Assembly: GCF_004010195.1 (NCBI RefSeq)
Contig: NC_057751.1
Location: 7,902,137 to 7,964,136 of the forward strand
From: Chiloscyllium plagiosum
Lineage: Eukaryota
Length of the DNA stretch: 62,000 bases
Reading direction: 5' to 3'
Positions 24,790-37,699 of this stretch are shown here, in pieces; within the stretch, counting starts at the first letter, position 1, and each line of letters starts with the position of its first letter. Made by a program: the position numbers and the translations under genes. The notes under the pieces are model-generated. The model saw only the letters and a program-made list of their open reading frames with translations, was not told the origin of the DNA and searched no databases.

Positions 24790-25220
24790 CCAGGGTCCTG
24801 AACATCCAAGTGAATTGCAGGCTCTCCAATGTCAGTGCCCTCTCTCAGCAGCCAGTGGCCAGTCAGCTGGGTTGGGTGGTCCATGTCATAGATACTCCTG
24901 ACTCTCAAAAGCAAGCTCTCTGCTCTGAGCTTCACCAAGGTTACCAAGAGAGGCAGAGGAAATGCTTTGGGGATGTCCTCAAACCCTTCCTGGGAAAAGA
25001 AAACAGAGTTCTGAGGAATCTATTATCCTGGACCTCCAGAACTGTTAGAAAAGGATTCAGTCCCTCACAGCCACAATGTGCGCTTATGCCAAGTCCAGGT
25101 GGAGGCCAAGAACAGCGACAGAAACATGAACCGCCCATCACACCCGTCCCAAGTGCATGTATCTGCTGTCGGACTGTTTGGTCAGCTCATCCTGTAACCC
25201 GCGCAGGTACATGGGTGAAG
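24790..25220 (+). mobile_element. Degenerate RTE-clade LINE C-terminal fragment
   Basis: QLGWVVHVI..PDSQKQALCSELHQG..QRKCFGDVLK resembles the RTE motif QLRWxGHVxRMPxxRxPKxxxYxEL...RKRxKDxLK. Confidence 0.7.
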
Positions 25221-25974
25221 TAAATGTCAGGAAGAACAGCAGGCAGAAATTCTCCGGGAGGAGTTGATTCCGAAGCCGACACGACATCAAAAGCAGCTGA
25301 AGCCTCGATCACTCTCAAGGTCCCCAAGCAGGGCTCTATATTCACAGCTGCTGAACATCATAGTTGCTGCTGATGGGGGGATCATTTGCAAATATTTGCT
25401 GATTTTATGATCATGACCTCGCTGGCAGTGCTGATCCCAGTACAGCTGATGATGCTGCAGGCCATATGCTCTGCACGCCAGCACACGCCAAGATCATGCA
25501 AAATGCATCAGCAGCTCAAAGGGGAGAAGATGTATTACAAGACGCTGCCTAAATTTGTTTCCTGTGCAAAGGGGATGTCTGTCACCTCTATGCTCAGCCT
25601 CTGATCTCCCTCCGGGTTATCCTGTGCATCATCAAGAATATCAGCTACATGGAGCTCAGGGGGTGAACACCCAGCTAATGGAGCTCTTTGCAAGTGAATC
25701 CAGTGGATTGGTCACTAGGTTTATAATCTGGGATGACATGGTGCCCAGTGTGACCCAACGCAGGAGGGGAAACCTGCATTGTCTGCTCTCTGAAAAGAGC
25801 GTTCGGTGCAAAGGGGCAAGAAAAAGAGCAGCCATCAAAAGTAACAAGTCACATTTGTCAAACACCTTTAACATTCAAAAGAACACCCCCGAGGTATCTC
25901 AAAATCTCACCATCTGGATCAAAGCCAGATGGTGAACTGTATGAAATAGGATCCAATTATTTTATAAAATAATG

Positions 25975-26410
25975 AAAGAGCTGCGGAAGCATCCCGTTTT
26001 CTGCTTGGGGACCCTGCAGCGTTCAGGGCTCAATACTGAGTTCAACAACTTCAGGGCTTGAGCTCTCCCATGTCCTTACCCCTGTCCCCCTCACAACAGG
26101 CCGAGTCATCACATGGCCCGCTGTTACACACAACCCAATGTTAGCCACTAACAGTCTCCATTAATAGCTATTCACTCTCCCGGTCAGATTGTTATCCACT
26201 CCTTGAGTCAAACTGTTCCTCTCTCTCACTTTGGGTTCTCTTCCACCTTAACTCCTTAACCCCCACCCTAGCTTCCACGTACAAACCGATACTTTCTGAG
26301 CTCCCATCAGCTCTGAGGAAGGGTTGGTCACTCAACCCGAAACGTTAACTCAGATTTATCTCCACAGATGCTGCCGGACTTGCTGAGGTTTTGTACCAAT
26401 TCTTTCGTAT
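25975..26410 (+). mobile_element. Penelope-like element 3' end (GIY-YIG C-terminus plus pLTR)
   Basis: HPVFCLGTLQRSGLNTEFNNFRA* resembles the PLE ORF end; followed by an HHR-bearing pLTR. Confidence 0.65.
26313..26347 (+). ncRNA. Minimal hammerhead motif
   Basis: CTGAGGA-A-GGGTTG-GTCACT-CAACCC-GAAA-CG-TT. Confidence 0.65.
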
Positions 26411-26790
26411 GTTATTTAACACTTATATTTGCAAAAGTGGTGGAGAAAACATGTCACATTGTGTTTCCAGTCAATTTTTGAGTTTTTCTTTTTGTAAATG
26501 ACTTTTTTTCTTGGCTCCCTGCATGACAGATCAATCCTTGGGTTGGACTTGATCTGTCTATGTACAAGGGTGAAGCTTTGAAAATCTCTGCTTCCAACCT
26601 ACTGTCCCAGCTAAATCTGAGGTATTTTGAACCACCTGACTGGACAATCTGACTCTTAAATCCAGGGACAGATGGAACATGAACCCGAAACTTCTGGGTC
26701 AGAGGTCAGGACATGACGACTGCATCACAAGATCCTTTTCTGACTCTCTATACTATATGATCCCAGATTTAAACCGAATATTACCCATTC

Positions 26791-26818
26791 CTGGTGAAGG
26801 GCTTACGCCCGAAACGTC
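26791..26818 (+). ncRNA. Hammerhead motif with core mutation (CTGGTGA)
   Basis: CTGGTGA-A-GGGC-TTAC-GCCC-GAAA-CG-TC in a pLTR relic at about 26785-26905. Confidence 0.45.
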
Positions 26819-28139
26819 GACTCTCCTACTCCTGACCTGCTGTGCTTTTCCAGCGACACACTTTTCGACTCCTGATGTCCAGCATCTACAGTCCTCATTT
26901 TCTCTCATCACCAAGGATACAATAAAGAAGCCGATTCCACTCCGTGCCAAAATTGCGTGACAACAGGAAATGCAAGGACTGCTGATCGACCGCTCAGTCA
27001 ATTCTGGTTGGGGGGGGGGGGGGGGGGGGATTGGCAGGAGCACCTTTAAGGAGTAGACGGAGACAAAGAAATGCAAAACAAGGCCAAGGAAGTGAAATCC
27101 AGAAACGAAAATCCAGGCAGCCGAAGGTGGCGGTCAGAGCGACTAAACTCGGTGGTGGTGGCAGGGTGGGGGAGGGGGGTTTGGTGCAGTGGTGGGGACT
27201 TGGCTGGCTGGCAGATGTAGACTTGGGAGGGTGGTCAGGCTGAAGGATCTCACAGAACCGGGGAGTTAGGAAGACCATGGAGCAGATGGAAACAAGCACA
27301 AGAATTAAAATCAGCAATACAAGAAAGGTACAATTTGTTGGCTTGGAGTTGCATTTCCTGCACTCTTCGGGAGATTTTGGCTGAGACCCTGCGAGCTACC
27401 AAGCTCCGACACATTCTCTCTCTCTCTCTTTCTCTCACACACACAGTGCCCAGTCGATGCAACATACATTATCAGCTATCCACTCTATCCTCAGAGATAC
27501 AGAGCTTTGCGTGAACTGCTGGAGAGCTGCCACTTCTATCCCCTCCTTACAACTTCAACTTATAATCAAACATAAGACAGAGAAATTGGCCTTTCGGCCC
27601 ATCAAGTTTGCGCTGTCATGCAGTGAGACCGTCTTTAACTCCACTTTCCTGCCTCTTGCTCATAACCCTCGACTTCTCTACTGATTCAAATCAGTTTATA
27701 ACAGCGGGCAGTTTTGGGGATGCTCATGTTCACTTTTTGGGGGGGCAGTGATTTCAACTTGCAACACTTGCTGCAATTGACCCAGCACTGAGGAAAAGCT
27801 CCTGCCCAAAATAAAATTCAATGCTTTTCCTCAACATTCACAAGCGTCACGTCACAATGAAAAAAAAGCACAGGTTCTGGTAGAAAGCCCAGTATTGATT
27901 TACCAAATACTGTAATCTCATACACTCTGATAGAATTCAATTTATCTCAGCTCGGTCATCTGCAGAATATATGACAATGGCAAGAAGCTTTGCTAAGAAC
28001 CAAAAATTGATTTTTCTCTCAATAATACAAGTCAAATATCTTTCATGTCACTCTTTTCTTCCTTCATTCTATCCTTTCCCTTATCCATGAGAAAAATAAA
28101 ATGCTGTACTGCTGGTTTCATATGGGAGAGAACATCCCC

Positions 28140-28480
28140 TGACGGGTGGCACTGTGCCTCAATGTTAGCACGGCAGCCTCACGGTGCCAGGGACCCGGGT
28201 TCAATTCCAATACTCCTGCGACTGACCGTGTGTAGTTTGCACCTTCTCCCCGTGCCTGCGTGGGTTTCCTCCGGGTGCTCCAGTTTCCTCCCACAGTCTG
28301 AAGATGTGCAGGTTAGGTGCTAAATTGCCCTGTAGTGTGTGCAGGTGAGGTGCATTAGCCATGGGAAATGCAGAGCTGCAGGGTTAGGGAAGGGGTTGGG
28401 GTTTGGGTGGGATGGTCTTCGGAGGGGGCGGTGAGGGCTCGATGGGCGGAATGGCCCACTTCCACACTGTAGGGAATCAA
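28140..28480 (+). mobile_element. HE1-type V-SINE
   Basis: Head and core motif. Confidence 0.85.
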
Positions 28481-29383
28481 TTCCACGACAAGGTCTCGTT
28501 ATCTACCGGCGAGAAATTGAGGGATGTTTCCAGCCCATGTGTTCTTTCATTGGGTGTGTTTGAACCACTCTGCCACTTCCAAAGCAGGGACTTGCGATCA
28601 ATCTGATTACTGAGGTCCCTCGAGATTTACACTCTGGCAAGTGGCCAGCAACAGGCTTGTTAAATATAACTCTACAGAGAGGGTTGGCAGGACAGACATC
28701 TTACAGAAATTCAGCAGGCTCTGGTTCATGTTGTATGCTCCTTCTAGTGGCTGTGTCACTCCCTATATCCTGCCTTAGAACACCAATAAAATTTCATAAA
28801 GAGCCTCTGGGGGGGATGGAATTAACTTCAGGTCTGACCGACTCACGAGAGAACATGGACAATTGGGAGATGGTTGGCACCTCTGACAAGTACAAAGTGT
28901 CAGAACTGATTTTGAAAACAGCATCATCTTCACTCGTCGCCTGGCTCCATGCCTTATTTCATTTTCACCGGCGTAGAGACTTTGTGAGAGGAACAAGCAA
29001 AACATATTATCTGCAAGCTCTCAACTAATCTTGGAGGGCAAATCAAAGCCACTCAGATCTGGAACAGGCTGTTCACACTCCTGAGCAGATGCTATCTGCG
29101 TGTTCAAACCAGCTGTTTTGTTGCTCATCAGACAGCTCAAGAAATAATTTCAATTTCTGCCACGCTGACTTTGCCTCCAACAATCACACTGATCTCAATT
29201 GCCTGCCTCAGTAACTCAATGCTCTTCTTCTCCAGTGAATTGTAACACCCAACTTACCCCGAGCTTCCCTCAGAATATAAAGAAATCACAGTCAGCTGCA
29301 AGTGAAATGAGGAGCGTAAGAACTTACCTCCCTGAGACCAGGACAAAAGTTCAGCACGGGTGAAATTATTGCATTTGAGTTAC

Positions 29384-29497
29384 CTTTGGAGATGTTGACA
29401 ATGGCTTGACCCCAGCTTTGGGTTTTTGCCATCTAAGAACCCCAGGCCCAAGGTTCTGTCTCATGTCAGGAAAATTAGCTTGGTTCGATGAAGGAAA
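29384..29497 (-). CDS. Candidate exon (FPSSNQANFPDMRQNLGPGVLRWQKPKAGVKPLSTSPK)
   Basis: ctcctttttgctccctcgtaattggcacag| acceptor, AAG|gtaact donor, 114 nt, only frame 0 open. Confidence 0.35.
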
Positions 29498-30111
29498 CTG
29501 TGCCAATTACGAGGGAGCAAAAAGGAGACGCCATCAGGATATTTGCGAACAATCGCTCACTCGGCTGAGTATGCCGCACTCTCTCCTCCCTACCACACAT
29601 CTCATTTCTCTGCTCGCCTAAGGGCTTTGTAATATTTGTGTGAAAGATGAACCACAAGTAACAGACATCAGCTGAGGTGCTAAGATGAACTATTAGATAT
29701 TTTCTCATCAACAACCTGTTCAGAGGTGGTATGATACAGCTCGGAAGAAGGTGGGACGTAAAGCCAAGCTTCCTGGCTCAGAGTAGGGACACTACCGCTG
29801 CACCACAACAGCACCAAACATGGACTTCAGTCCACCTTTGCTCTGACATTCAGATGGCAGTGCAGTGGTGGCACCACACAGAGTCAAACACTAGACTGTC
29901 TCCAAAAACAGATACCTGTAACTCCCCAAGCACTGCCTGATAACCCACAGAGTGGCAGTTTTAGATATTTAGAGAAGGCAGGGCTTCCATTCCAGTCGCT
30001 CAAATGACCCTTCCACATCCATGACCATATACAGCACATCGCTGACTCACAGGTTGTGAAAGAGATTTGCGTAAACCCATTTACACGGTCACTCATGATG
30101 CAGAACTCAAG

Positions 30112-30450
30112 ATGCTGCACTGTCAGAGGTGCTGTCTTTTAGATAAAAGGTCAAACTGATGCCCCATTGGCCCTGTCTGGTGAATTCCACAGAGACGCAA
30201 GATTCCACAGCATAGGTGGAAGAACTGTAGAGCAGTTATCACAGTTATCCTGGTCCAACACTCACCCCTCAATCAATCACCAGAGATTACCTGGCGATTG
30301 TCGCATGTACTGTGCGTGGGAGCTTGCTGGGTGCAAATTGGTTTCCACGTTTCGGACAATACAACAGGTAAACATTGCAACAAAGATACTGTGTTGGCTT
30401 TAAAGACTGGCAGGAAATGCTGAGCTTGTGAAAAGTTCCTGACAAGTTCA
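30112..30450 (+). mobile_element. Deu-domain SINE relic (SacSINE1/AmnSINE1-like)
   Basis: gctgcactgtcagaggtgc...gtgggagcttgctgggtgcaaattgg...tacaacagg resembles the Deu core. Confidence 0.55.
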
Positions 30451-30654
30451 GATGTTTGTTCCTTCTTCCACCTGAACCTTTCAAACTTATTTCCTGAATA
30501 TTAGCGTTCCAGACATCTACCACTCTCTCCTCACAGTGGTGAAATCTGCACCAGGTGTAGCTCCTCCTGACTTCGCTGTAGAAACACTTTGCTAGCATGT
30601 CCCTGTACTTTGGGTCAAAGGTCAGCAAATGCATTTATGACAGAAAATAAGTCA

Positions 30655-30967
30655 CGGCGCTGTCAGATACTTCAGCATTTTCTGATACCGATGGAGGGGT
30701 TTCAAATTGTCTCCCAGAATCTCTCAGGCAAATGTAAAATATCCCACAATATGATGTGAAGAAGAACAGAGGGTTAATCTCCGGAGTCCCCGGCCAAGTT
30801 TAATCCTTGGACTGACATCACACCTTATTTGTTAATGTTGCTTTCTGTGATCTTGCTATGCATAAATCAGCAGTCATGACATTTCAAAGGGACCTCACTG
30901 CTTGGAGAACATTTTGAGATATCCCAAGGATATGAAAGATGTCATATCAATGGAAGTTCCTTCTTTC
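30655..30967 (+). mobile_element. Deu-domain SINE relic
   Basis: gaagaagaacagaggg...cggccaa...atcttgctatgcataaat...tgaaagatgtcatat. Confidence 0.5.
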
Positions 30968-31099
30968 AGGCTTAGGAAAGCACCCACGTTCTATTAGTTT
31001 TCAACAGCTGGCCATCCACTTATTCGAAATCATTCTCAGAACGTTGAAGACATCGTGTCACTGCTGAAACATAGGAGAAGCAGTTTTCCCAATATCCTG

Positions 31100-31442
31100 G
31101 ATGAATCATACAATCCCTACAGTTTGGAAACAGGCCATTCGGCTCAAAAAGTCCACACCAACCTTCCAAAGAGTAACCCACCCAGAACTATTCCCCTTGA
31201 TTTACCCCTTACTAATGCACCTACTCTACACATCCCAGAACACTATGGACAATTTAGCACGGTCACTTCACCTGACCTGCACATCTTTGGATTGTGGGAG
31301 AAAACTGGAACACCTGGAGGAAACCCATACAGACACGGGGAGAATGTGCAAACTCCACACAGACAGTCGACGGAGGCTGAAATCGAACCCGGGTCCCGGG
31401 CGCTGTCAGGCAGCAGTGCTAACCAATAAGCTACCGTGCCGC
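31100..31442 (-). mobile_element. HE1-type V-SINE
   Basis: Reverse complement of head and core. Confidence 0.9.
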
Positions 31443-32313
31443 TCTAATCTCCAAAAAACTGCTCCGAGATTGACTGATCATTCTGCTGTTCCTATATACA
31501 TCAACTCTCTTCTGCACTCCCTGCACACTGGCAGTGATGTGCTGCACTCCATTCCCCCTCAAGAGCTGAGAGACATGTCTCAGAGATACGATTATCTGCC
31601 ATCTAAATGCAATGCTTCCTTTTGATTATTCTTCTAGAAACAAGAAGCCTGCCCCCAATCCTCCTCTCCTTTCTTTTATTCAGTAATAGCACATTCAATT
31701 TTCAAAAGAACAGAGGAAGCCCCAGCTCCTTTAGTCTCTAATCTGTGCATCTCGGTCGGAAAATAATGGAGCTGGGCAGAAATAAGGCTAGGCAGGCGGT
31801 GATCGACTAAGATGAAAACAGACACATAAAGACGTGACAAAAGCCACCCACAGAGTTTGTAGAACAAGGTCAGGTAACTGAAGTCTTTTTCAGAGTGTGA
31901 ACAGCACAGATTGCAAAACCACTGAGGCCTCTCATTTTCTTTTTGAAGTGAAGGACAAAACACGCAGGGTGCCTGTCACTGGGAGAAATTGAGAGCTGAT
32001 GGGTCTGGGTGTGCAATGGCTTCCTGCTGTACCTTGTCAAATTACACAAGAAACAAGTGCCCTGCCAGACATGGACAAGTATGATGCATGCAGTTCAAGT
32101 CTGAACACTGCTAAACAGCCCCGTCAGTTATATCAGAGCTTGTAACCAATTGAAATATCATTGTTTAGACCAATACACTTGCTCAACCTACACTAGAGAA
32201 AGGAACACAAGGGTCAGCCCTTTAAGGCTGTTCCACCACTCAATGGAATGTTGGGTGATCTGTTACATCACAGCCTCCCCAACGGCCACAGGTGGCAAAA
32301 ACTCGATTTCTCA

Positions 32314-32497
32314 TGTAGGTTTGCTCGCTGAGCTGGGAGGTTCATTTCCAGACGTTTCATCACCCTACTAGGTAACCTCTTCAGTGGGCCTGTTACCTAG
32401 TAGGGTGACGAAACGTCTGGAAATGAACCTCCCAGCTCAGCGAGCAAACCTACATCCAGAACCTCAGCCTGAGCTACAAATCTTCTCAAAACTCGCT
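32314..32497. mobile_element. Young Penelope-derived fold-back element
   Basis: Near-perfect ~64-bp inverted arms (about 32313-32376 and 32393-32455); exact 14-bp TSD aactcgatttctca at 32300-32313 and 32498-32511. Confidence 0.8.
32348..32387 (-). ncRNA. Minimal hammerhead motif with intact short stem I
   Basis: minus strand CCA-CTGAAGA-G-GTTACC-TAGTAG-GGTGAT-GAAA-CG-TC-TGG. Confidence 0.7.
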
Positions 32498-32902
32498 AAC
32501 TCGATTTCTCAGACAGAGCAGCGTGCATCCATCCTATATCTCTTGTCACATGTTGTAATAACTCATCTGATCGACTGATGTCCTTCAGGGAAAAAAGTTG
32601 TCTGTCCTGGCCTGATTTGCCGCACACATGACTCCAGGCTCACAGCAACTTGATTGACATCATATTGCCCTTTTTGCGATGAGAGTTAACAAAGAACAAT
32701 ATTTGCTCTCCAAGACTGCAGTGACACATTTTGCCCTTCCATACTAAAACTGCCTTCACTTACAGGATCCATATCCCTCAATTCTCCTCCTATTCATGTA
32801 TTCGTCCAGGTGCTTCTTGAATACTGCTATTGTGTCTGCTTCCACCACTGCCTCTAGCAGCGTGTTCCAGGCACAGAATTGGGCAATATATGCTGGCCTT
32901 GT

Positions 32903-33270
32903 TGGGAGGCGATGACCTAGTGGCAGAATCACTAGACTATTAATGCAAAAACTGAGATGATGTTCCGGGGACTTGGGTTTGAATGCTGCTACGGTAGATG
33001 GGGGAATCGGAATTTGATGAAAACAAAATCTGGAATAAAGAGTCTACCAATGGCCATGAAACCATTGCTGATTGTCAGAAAAGCCCCTTTTGCTCATGAA
33101 TGCCTTTCAGGGAAGGAAATCTGCCATCCTCACCTGGTCTGGCCCACATCTGACTCCAGACACATTGTGATCTGTTCTCTGGAATGGCCTAGTAAGGCAC
33201 TCAGTTCAGGGGAAGCGAGGAACGGGCAATAATTGCAGGCTAGTAAGCAAACCCCACAGCCCATGAGTAA
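32903..33270 (+). mobile_element. Family B SINE
   Basis: gggaggcgatgacctagtgg head through gggcaataa tail. Confidence 0.8.
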
Positions 33271-33397
33271 ATTTTTAAAAAGCCAGCACTGTCCACCTTC
33301 CCATAAATGACTCAAAATGAAACTGTTGCATTGCAGCTGATGCCACCTTCCGCATTTGTTAAATCATGTTCAGAGCTCACTCTATCATCCAGCCAAA

Positions 33398-33563
33398 TCA
33401 GAAGTCTCACGACACTAGGTTACACCCCAACAGGTGACTTCACCTTATGAAAGAGCAACACTCCACAAGCCTGTGATTTTAAATAAACCTGTTGAAGTGT
33501 AACTTGGTGTCATGAGACTTCTGACTTTGTCCATCCCAGCCTAACACCAGCATCTCTACATCA
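33398..33563. mobile_element. Older fold-back element, probably Penelope-derived
   Basis: Inverted arms agaagtctcacgacac / gtgtcatgagacttct; degenerate HHR-like core; homologous to 59706-60520. Confidence 0.5.
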
Positions 33564-33756
33564 TGGCCTTGCAAACTGGCTAAATGTTTGAAACCATCTC
33601 TAGGAGACTTACAAAGTCCAGAAATCACCTGATATTGACAAGTACAGATGACAGTATGGTTTAATTGACTGTCTGTGTGGAAATGAACCCTTACCTTCAT
33701 ACTGAGGATACATTAGACCATATCGTGTGGCATTGGCACAGTGCAAAATGAGACAG

Positions 33757-34361
33757 TGTTATGGACCAGGCCAGACTCCCTCAAAACATTTCAAGAAAGT
33801 AGTCCAGACACTAGCTTTCTCATTATTTTGAGCAGGTGTATAGTGGATATTCCAGGAGTGATGCAGCTGGTCAAACCACTTCGCTTTAAACAAAACACAG
33901 AATTTGTGTCCACGAATGAAACACAAAGAGAACAGAATATCGAATAACTTATCCGATCCGAAAACCGAACCGATGATCCCAATTTAATGATGCTGTTCCA
34001 AATACTTTCAGCAATCCCCAGAAAGACTCTTGGCAGAAAAGGTAAAACCAACACAGGCTCTTAGAGGAGAGATGTCAGAGAGAGGGAGGATTAGCGTGGA
34101 CCTGCTTCTTTCGGTCCAGCAGCTTTTAAAACTGGTTGACCACTTTCAGTGAATAGCCAGACTGCCAAAACCAAAGCAAACCAGAGAAAAGCTGAGCTGG
34201 GAGAACTGGCCACTCCCCTTTCACTGTACAAGTGTTTTTTTTTAAACTTAAAAGCCTTTTGCCTGAAGCAGAATCAAATTGTCCCTGAAACCGTTCAAAC
34301 CCAGACTTTCCGGAACCTGATCTCCTGGGGAAAAAAACAAGGATAAGATAACTTTGTTACG
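33757..34361 (-). mobile_element. Solo LTR (Gypsy-like)
   Basis: About 605 bp; termini tgttatgg...ttgttac; homologous in reverse orientation to 59878-60487; no clear TSD. Confidence 0.6.
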
Positions 34362-34654
34362 AGGAGCAGCACTATCAGAGCAGATATCAAATAGATTGAA
34401 CAACCAGAGATGAAATATATATGGAGGTACTGCGGGCCATGAGCAGCAGTAGAACTGTAGTCAATCTGTAACCTTATGGCTTGACATATCCCAAACTCTA
34501 CCATGACCACCAAACCTTGGTTCAATGAGAAGTGCAGCATCAGCATATCTCAAAGCGAGGTGCCACCCTTATGAAGTTTCAGCACAGGTCTACATGTATG
34601 CTGAGCAGCAGGCAATAGATTGAGCGACTCAATCCCACAACCAACTTTATTCTA

Positions 34655-35006
34655 TTTATTCATGGGATGAGGGTGGTACTGGCTGGGCAGCATTTACTGT
34701 CCATCCCTAAATGCCCAGGGAACAGTTAAGTGCCAAACACATTATTTTGCGTCTGGAGTCACATGTACGCTAGAACAAGTAAGGATGGCAGTTTTCTTCC
34801 CGAAAGGATATTAGCGAACCAGACGGGTTTTTCCTGACAATCAACAACGGGTTTCATTGTCGTCATTAGACTCTTAATTCCACATTTTTACTGAATTCAA
34901 ATTCCACCATCTGCCACGGCTGGATTTGAACTCAGGCTGCCAAAGCATTATCTGGATCTCTGAGTTAACAGCCCGGCAACAACACAATTAAGCCATCGCC
35001 TCCCCC
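34655..35006 (-). mobile_element. Family B SINE
   Basis: Full-length reverse copy. Confidence 0.85.
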
Positions 35007-35299
35007 TTGACTCTATCAAAACTTTACAGACCTGCCACAAACACTCATGCATGGTGGTGGACAATTAAACAACTCGCTGGTGAAACTTGTCAAACTGGGA
35101 GAGTTCGCTCCTCTTCCAAGATCAGAACCCCACCTTCTTCATCAAGTACCTCTAGGCCATGAGTGCTCAGTGACTGAGGCGGGACAGTGCTCGTAATGGA
35201 CTGCCACAGGAGGTGGTAGAAAGAGCTCGGTTTAACAGGCATGAATAGGCAGCAAATAGAGAGATATAGACCATGTTGAGGCAAGGGGTTTTTAGTTTA

Positions 35300-35620
35300 G
35301 AAAATTCACATCCACCATCCCTGCAACTCTCCAAACTAGCACCTCTCCCCAAAGCTGGCCTCTAACGCATTCCAAATCATTTCACTCTGCTGTTGGTGAA
35401 CATGCTATCAAATGTCTCGGCCCCAAGCTCTGAAACGGTCTGCCTGATATTCCCTGCCTCCTAATCTCACTCTCCTCCTACTAACACCCAGATCTCTGAT
35501 GAAGCATTTCATCTCCTGACCTAATATTTCCTTCTGTAGCAAGATGTCACACTTTGCTTTACAACGTCCCTGTGAGGCATGCTGGGATGTTTCCCAACAT
35601 TAAAGTGCTATATCAAGAGG
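35300..35620 (+). mobile_element. Old L2-like LINE 3' end
   Basis: ggccccaagctctg...cctgtgaggcatgctgggatgttt...taaagtgctatat; similar relic at 51230-51540. Confidence 0.5.
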
Positions 35621-35844
35621 AATTCTTGCTCCTGCTTTGAAGACAGCAATGCCCGCGGGGTAGGGTGCAAGTGTCAAACAGAAAGACTAGACGTGCATTG
35701 ACAGCAGAGTTGATCCTGAATCTATACAGACTTCAGACAGGCGAGTCAGGGTAACAATGTACAACAGAGAAACCATGTATGCAAAGTACATGTCACATAA
35801 AAGCTCTCAAACAGGCTTGCTGATTCTAAGCTTTTTTGTTTAAA

Positions 35845-36190
35845 TTCATTCATGGAATGAGCACATCTCTGGCTCCGCCAGCATTTATTGCCTGACCCGA
35901 ATTGCCCAGAGAGTAGTTAAGAGTCAATCACATTGTTGTGGGTCTGGAGTCACATTTAGGATAGATCAGGTAAGGAAGGCAGTTTCCTTCCCGAACGGAA
36001 CCAGATGGATTTTTCAGACAATGAATAATGAATTCACAGTTACCAGTAGATTTTGAATTACCAACTTTGTTTTTAATTGAATTCAAATTGCACCAATTGC
36101 CACGGCGGGATTTGAACCCCGGTCCCCGAACGTTACCGGGGTCTCTGGATTAACAGTCCAGTCATAATCCTACTAGGCCATTGCCTCCCC
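35845..36190 (-). mobile_element. Family B SINE
   Basis: Full-length reverse copy. Confidence 0.85.
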
Positions 36191-36889
36191 AAGTTCCATG
36201 TATCCAGTTCTTGAATTGGTTAAAAATGAAAGACAAATCCTTACAGATGCAGAAAACATGATCACCTGCGTAGTTAATTGAGCGGGTGGATCTACTGCAG
36301 TCATATCTTTGTTGCTGGGAATAGAACATTTGCAACAACTACGCTGAAGACATTCAACAGCGTTCCACACTAAGTTCAACAAAGTCTGCTTTTCCTTTTC
36401 CATGAAGCGACAGCAATTTCAAGCAAAGAAAGAGGCCAAGTTAACCCAAATAGTCAGTGCTAATGCTTGTGTCTCATTAACCTCCCATCTCCCTCATCCA
36501 ATTCAATCAGCAGAACCCTCTGCTATTAAGTCACTCATAGGCTTAACCAGCCTTTCTGGAAATGTATTCGCCTTATTTTCTTTGTCCTTTGAGAGCTAGT
36601 GAATCTTCCATTCTTGTCCCTTGCTGCTTCAAGATGATTCTCCCAAAACAACCATGTGACTTCTTATGCTTTGCTCTTCTGACGACTGGAAGTAATGTCT
36701 GGGCTGCATTTAAACCACCGTTCAAAAGAAATTCAATTCTAAGACTTCACGTTGGCCAAGCCATCATTTCCACACCAGCTGAGATCAACAGGAAGGTGAT
36801 CTTGCCCCTCCCCGGTGTGTGGCACCCTCAGGTTAAAGTACAACCAGCCGTCTCTCTCTCTCTCACGAAAGATGGCAGACAGCTGTACC

Positions 36890-37565
36890 AGACAGAACAG
36901 TACAGCACGGGAACAGGCCCATTTGCCCACAATGTTGTGCTGAGCATGAAGTCAAATTAAACTAATCTCTTCAGCCTATACTTGGTCCATACCCCTTCAT
37001 TCTTTAAACACCCCTATTGCATCTGCCTCCACCACCATCCATGGAAGCGTGTTCCACTCTCCGCGTAAAAAAAACCTGTCCCTCACATCTCCTTTGAATT
37101 TTTCCCCTCTCATTTTAAATGCATTGTATGAGACATTTCAACTCTGAGAAAAATATTCTGACCATCAACCCTGTCTCTGCCTCATGAGCTTCCCTCAAGT
37201 CTCCTCTCAACCTCTGCCACTCCAGAGAAAACAACTTGAGTTTTTCTAGCTTCTCCCAATAGTTCATACTGTCTAACCCAGGCAGCATCCTGGTAAACCT
37301 CTTCTGCACCCTCTTGAAAGCCTCCACATCCTTCCAGTAATGTGGCAACCAGAACTGAACACCAAGTGCGGCCGAACCAAAGTCTTTATAAAGCTGCAAT
37401 ATGACATCCTGACTCTTGTACTCAATTCCCCGACCATTAAAGGCAAGCATGCCATATGCCTTCTTTACCGCCCTTTCTACTGGCATGGTCACCTTCAGGG
37501 AGCTACAGACTTGAAATTCAAGATCCCTCTGTACATTGATGCTGTTCAGGGTCCTGCCCTTATCT
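36890..37565 (-). mobile_element. CR1 LINE 3' fragment
   Basis: KKAYGMLAFNGRGIEYKSQDVILQLYK...RVQKRFTRMLPG. Confidence 0.9.
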
Positions 37566-37699
37566 GGGACCAAGACAACTTCAACTTAGTCACTGCAGAA
37601 TTTTGCGTGATACTTCATGATGTGCCGAAGTTAATTTGCCAATTAGTCACCACTTTTTAAAAGATAAAATCTTTTGCCATGACTGCACATCTCCATTCA

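Noticed and set aside
24519..25223. Longest ORF (234 aa) as a host gene
   Set aside because: Its 3' two-thirds matches degenerate RTE LINE C-terminal motifs; no splice or start context
27903..27959. AG/GT-bounded segment
   Set aside because: Stop codons in all three frames
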